NCBI GenBank assembly: GCA_965237415.1 | Contig: CBDEFM010000002.1 | Coordinates: 960,001-1,024,000 of the forward strand | Reading direction: 5' to 3' | Length of the DNA stretch: 64,000 nucleotides | From: Alphaproteobacteria bacterium | GTDB taxonomy: Bacteria > Pseudomonadota > Alphaproteobacteria > UBA828 | In this document: positions 60,874 to 64,000 of the stretch, in pieces | Position numbering within the stretch: position 1 is the stretch's first letter | Layout of the letters: every line of letters starts with the position of its first letter | Made by a program: the position numbers and the translations under genes | The notes under the pieces: model-generated | Databases searched by the model: none | Told to the model about the DNA's origin: nothing | The model's input: only the letters and a program-made list of their open reading frames with translations

Positions 60874-62027
60874 CGGTCAGGATCGAGCGGGTGGAGGTGG
60901 TGTGCCTCCAGGACCCGCAGACCCCCTACTACCGCTTCGAGGGCAGCTATCGGAACGTCGTCGTTATCGTCCAGGGCGACAACGGGCTCACGGGCATTGG
61001 CGAAAGCGACGCACCGCCCGAAATCGTCAAGGCGGCGATCGAGATGGCGCCTTACAACAATCTGGCCGAGGGGCTTGGCGCCATCGTGACCGGGCAGGCG
61101 GTGGACGACCCGCCTCGCCTGTGGGACGAGATGTATTCCCGGACGCAATGGTTCGGCCGTCGGGGCGCGGCAATCTGCGCGATCAGCGCGCTCGACATCG
61201 CCATCTGGGATCTATTCGCCCAATCGAAGGGCGTCCCGGTCGGTGAGGCGTTGGGCGGAGCGCGTCACGCGCGCTTGCCCGCCTACGCGACGATCTATCC
61301 GCTGGAATCGGAACCCGCGGGCATCGACGCGCAGGTCGCGCCGCTTCTGGAGCAAGGCTTCCGCCATCTCAAGGTCTGCGTTGAGCCTTGGTGGGCGGAG
61401 CCCGCGCGGGTGCGGCGAAACCTGACTCATTTGCGCGATCTTGTGGGGCAGGACCGCGGCCTGATGCTCGATGTCGCGCAGGAGTTCGCGCGCCTCGATC
61501 AATTGGCGCCCTACCTCGATTTGCTGGCCGATCTGAATTTCGCGTGGATCGAGGCGCCGTTCTCTCTCGATGATGTGGGCGAGCACGCGCGCCTCCGCGC
61601 CGCCACGTCCATTCCCATCGGCGTCGGCGATCTGGGCCTTACCACCTGCAGGGAGTTCGAGCCTTTCGTCGCGGCCGACGCCTTCGACATCGCACAGCCC
61701 GACCTCACGATGTTCGGTGGATTCACCGAGACGCTACGCCTCGCGCGGATGCTGGAAGGCACCGGCCGGCGCATCGTGCCCCACGCCTACAACACCGACA
61801 TCACCATCGCGGCCAACCTTCACTTCTTGGCCACGCAGCAGGAGATGGGCCTGGTCGAGTATTCGACGAGCCTGTCACGCCTGCGGCGGGGCCTCGTTCG
61901 CGGTCTCCCGCCCGTCGGAGAGGATGGGAATATCGCGGTGCCTGACGGCCCCGGCCTCGGCGTCACCTTGAACGTCGACGCGGTCGCAGAATTCGCGATC
62001 AGTCGCGCCGCTGAAGCATCCCGTTGA
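60870..62027 (+). CDS. Mandelate racemase/muconate lactonising enzyme family protein
   Basis: SALDIAIWDL, MLDV, WIEAP, QPD, VPHAY and PGLGV; ATGA overlap with the upstream gene. Confidence 0.88.
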   Translation: MTVRIERVEVVCLQDPQTPYYRFEGSYRNVVVIVQGDNGLTGIGESDAPPEIVKAAIEMAPYNNLAEGLGAIVTGQAVDDPPRLWDEMYSRTQWFGRRGAAICAISALDIAIWDLFAQSKGVPVGEALGGARHARLPAYATIYPLESEPAGIDAQVAPLLEQGFRHLKVCVEPWWAEPARVRRNLTHLRDLVGQDRGLMLDVAQEFARLDQLAPYLDLLADLNFAWIEAPFSLDDVGEHARLRAATSIPIGVGDLGLTTCREFEPFVAADAFDIAQPDLTMFGGFTETLRLARMLEGTGRRIVPHAYNTDITIAANLHFLATQQEMGLVEYSTSLSRLRRGLVRGLPPVGEDGNIAVPDGPGLGVTLNVDAVAEFAISRAAEASR

Positions 62028-62796
62028 TCGTGAGACCCACCGCCAGGATGATGCCGCCCAGCACGACCGTGATGAGCCCGACTGCCGGCACCATCGGCGT
62101 GTAGCCGCCGATCATCTTGCCGTAGAGCCATTCGGGCACGGTGACGTCGGCGCCACTGGTGAAGTAGGAGAGCGGGAAGTTGCCCCAGGACAAGAGCACC
62201 GCGAAGAGGAAGCCGGCGAAGATGCCGGGCCCGAGCAGGGGCAGTGTGATGGTTCGGAAGATCTGCCAGCGCGAGGCGCCGAGGTCGTAGGCCGCCTCCT
62301 CCACCGCCGAATCGTATCCGTAGGCCTGGATCGCGACCACCAGCGTGACGATGGGCACGATCCAGACGAGCTGGGCGAACACCGTCGACTGCCAGGACAT
62401 CTGGATGCCCATGGAGTTGAACCAGAGCTGGAGCGCGAGTCCCAGCACCGCCTGGGGGAAGAAGACCGGGATCAGCAGCACCTGCTGGAAGAGCCTGCGC
62501 CCGCGCCAGTCGTAGCGGGCATAGGCAAGCGCGCCGAAGAAGGCCAGGATCACCGAGATCAGCGCCACGCAGACGGCGACCGTGAGCGACGTGAGGAAGC
62601 TCTCGTGTATCTGCAGCGAGTCCCACGTCATCTCGTACCACTTGGACGAGGTTCGCCGCATGGGGAAGAGGAAGAAGCGCGACTTGGAGACCGATGCCAG
62701 CCCAACAATCACCATCGGGATGTACATGATCACCAGAATGACGGCGATGTAGGCGGCGAGCAGCCGGCGGGTGAGCGGCCTGTCGATAGTGCCCAA
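61999..62796 (-). CDS. ABC transporter permease (PotC-like)
   Basis: EEAAYDLGASRWQIFRTITLP EAA loop and hydrophobic helices. Confidence 0.9.
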   Translation of the reverse strand: MGTIDRPLTRRLLAAYIAVILVIMYIPMVIVGLASVSKSRFFLFPMRRTSSKWYEMTWDSLQIHESFLTSLTVAVCVALISVILAFFGALAYARYDWRGRRLFQQVLLIPVFFPQAVLGLALQLWFNSMGIQMSWQSTVFAQLVWIVPIVTLVVAIQAYGYDSAVEEAAYDLGASRWQIFRTITLPLLGPGIFAGFLFAVLLSWGNFPLSYFTSGADVTVPEWLYGKMIGGYTPMVPAVGLITVVLGGIILAVGLTINGMLQRRD

Positions 62797-62799
62797 GGC

Positions 62800-63705
62800 C
62801 TAGCGTTTTCCCAGCATGCGGTCGAGGTTCACCCGCCGCATCGCGAGCCACACGGCGGACCCAGCCAGCACGATCATCAGCACCGAGAGCGCGGAGCCGC
62901 GCGGCCAGTTCTGCCCGAAGGTGAAGGCGGATTCGATGTCCTGCGCGATGGTGACGATTACGCCCTTGCCGAGGAACTTGGCCTCGTTGAAGGCACCGAG
63001 CGAGATCACGAAGCAGAGCAGCGAGCCGATCAGAATTCCGGGCATCGCCAGCGGCAGCTCGATGTCGCGGAACACCCGCCAGCGCGACCCGCCCAGGTCA
63101 TAGGCCGCCTCCCGCGCCTCCCTCGGCACGTTGCCGAGCCCCAGCAGGATCGGGAACAGCATGAAGGGCAGGTAGATGTAACAAATGCCGAAGACGATGG
63201 CCGGCACGTTGTTGACCAGGCTCCCGGTCTCGAGACCCGTCACCACCTTGAGCGCGCCGTCGAGGAAGCCGCTCTTGTCGAAGAAGAGCACCCAGCCCTG
63301 CAGCCGGATGTTCTCGGCGACGAAGAGCGGCGCCACGATCAGCAGCGTGAGCAGGTGGGACCGGCGTCCCTTGATCCGCCTCAGCGCGATCGCCAGCGGA
63401 TAGCAGACGATCAGCAGGATTACGACGCTGATGAATGCGAGGAAGAGCGACCAACCGAAGGAGATGTAGAAGTTCTGCTCGACGATATCGACATAGTTCT
63501 CCAGTGACGGCGTCTCCGTGACGGAAAAGCTGCCGCGTGGCATGAAGCTGTAGACCAACACCAGCACCATCGGCCCGGCGAAGCCGATGATAAGCAGGAT
63601 GATGATGGGCAGCGCGGCGACGAAACCCTCGGAGACCTTCCACGGCATGATCTTGCGCCGCGGGCGCTCCGGCATCTCCGTGAGCGTCTCGACCGCCTCG
63701 GTCAT
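62800..63705 (-). CDS. ABC transporter permease (PotB-like)
   Basis: YIYLPFMLFP, EAAYDLGG and NWPRGSALS. Confidence 0.9.
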   Translation of the reverse strand: MTEAVETLTEMPERPRRKIMPWKVSEGFVAALPIIILLIIGFAGPMVLVLVYSFMPRGSFSVTETPSLENYVDIVEQNFYISFGWSLFLAFISVVILLIVCYPLAIALRRIKGRRSHLLTLLIVAPLFVAENIRLQGWVLFFDKSGFLDGALKVVTGLETGSLVNNVPAIVFGICYIYLPFMLFPILLGLGNVPREAREAAYDLGGSRWRVFRDIELPLAMPGILIGSLLCFVISLGAFNEAKFLGKGVIVTIAQDIESAFTFGQNWPRGSALSVLMIVLAGSAVWLAMRRVNLDRMLGKR

Positions 63706-64000
63706 TCAGGGAAGACCATCGAATCGCCCGGTTGCCAGGAGAGCGTCACCTTGTCGCCCGGCAGGCGCGTGACGGCGTCGGCGCGCAGCTCCTCGATGAG
63801 GAAGACCATCGCGCCGCTCCGCACCTGGTACTGGATGCGGGAGCCGAGCAGATATTCGTTGAAGAGCTCGCCCCGGATCGCTTTGTCGCCCGCCTCCGTC
63901 GCCGCGCTATCGGAGATCGCGACGTTCTCCGGACGCACGATCAGAACGCCGCGGCTGAAGCCCGGCGGCATCCCGGCAGGCGGCTCGAAGCTGGCGTCGA
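63702..64000 (-). CDS. ABC transporter ATP-binding protein (PotA-like), C-terminal TOBE part; 5' end outside the window
   Basis: VRPENV and EYLLGSRIQYQV, with an ATGA overlap onto the permease. Confidence 0.75.
   Translation of the reverse strand, partial: DASFEPPAGMPPGFSRGVLIVRPENVAISDSAATEAGDKAIRGELFNEYLLGSRIQYQVRSGAMVFLIEELRADAVTRLPGDKVTLSWQPGDSMVFPE

Noticed and set aside
61999-62027. Convergent 29-nt overlap as an antisense regulatory system
   Set aside because: Short tail-to-tail overlaps are common in GC-rich genomes, and nothing else supports a regulatory role.

Overview
High-GC alphaproteobacterial chromosome segment; the housekeeping proteins and gene order fit a Rhodospirillales-like lineage, but the rank cannot be fixed from this window. 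It has two core blocks, dnaE-rpsB-tsf-pyrH-frr-uppS and dgt-argS-SPOR-nagZ-M50 protease-scpA-scpB, plus rpmG, which the ORF track missed. Around them lie many catabolic and transport genes: a BMP-type ABC importer with a frameshifted 4-pyridoxolactonase, a DmdB-like ligase, an orphan hydantoinase A, an sco-fixLJK cluster, a two-subunit NAD-linked formate dehydrogenase, a phosphonopyruvate decarboxylase-like gene, a TAXI-TRAP transporter, two enolase-superfamily genes and a Pot-like ABC system. One complete IS1202/ISNCY-type element has 17-bp target duplications. The most unusual items are (1) a three-gene MotA/TolQ/ExbB-like ion-motor module with atypical partners, translationally coupled to dgt; (2) a diverged two-copy intergenic element carrying a variable number of GGGAT(T)AAGT-like units; and (3) the end and target architecture of the IS. 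I recognised no rRNA, tRNA or CRISPR array. All calls are by eye from motifs; no database searches were run.
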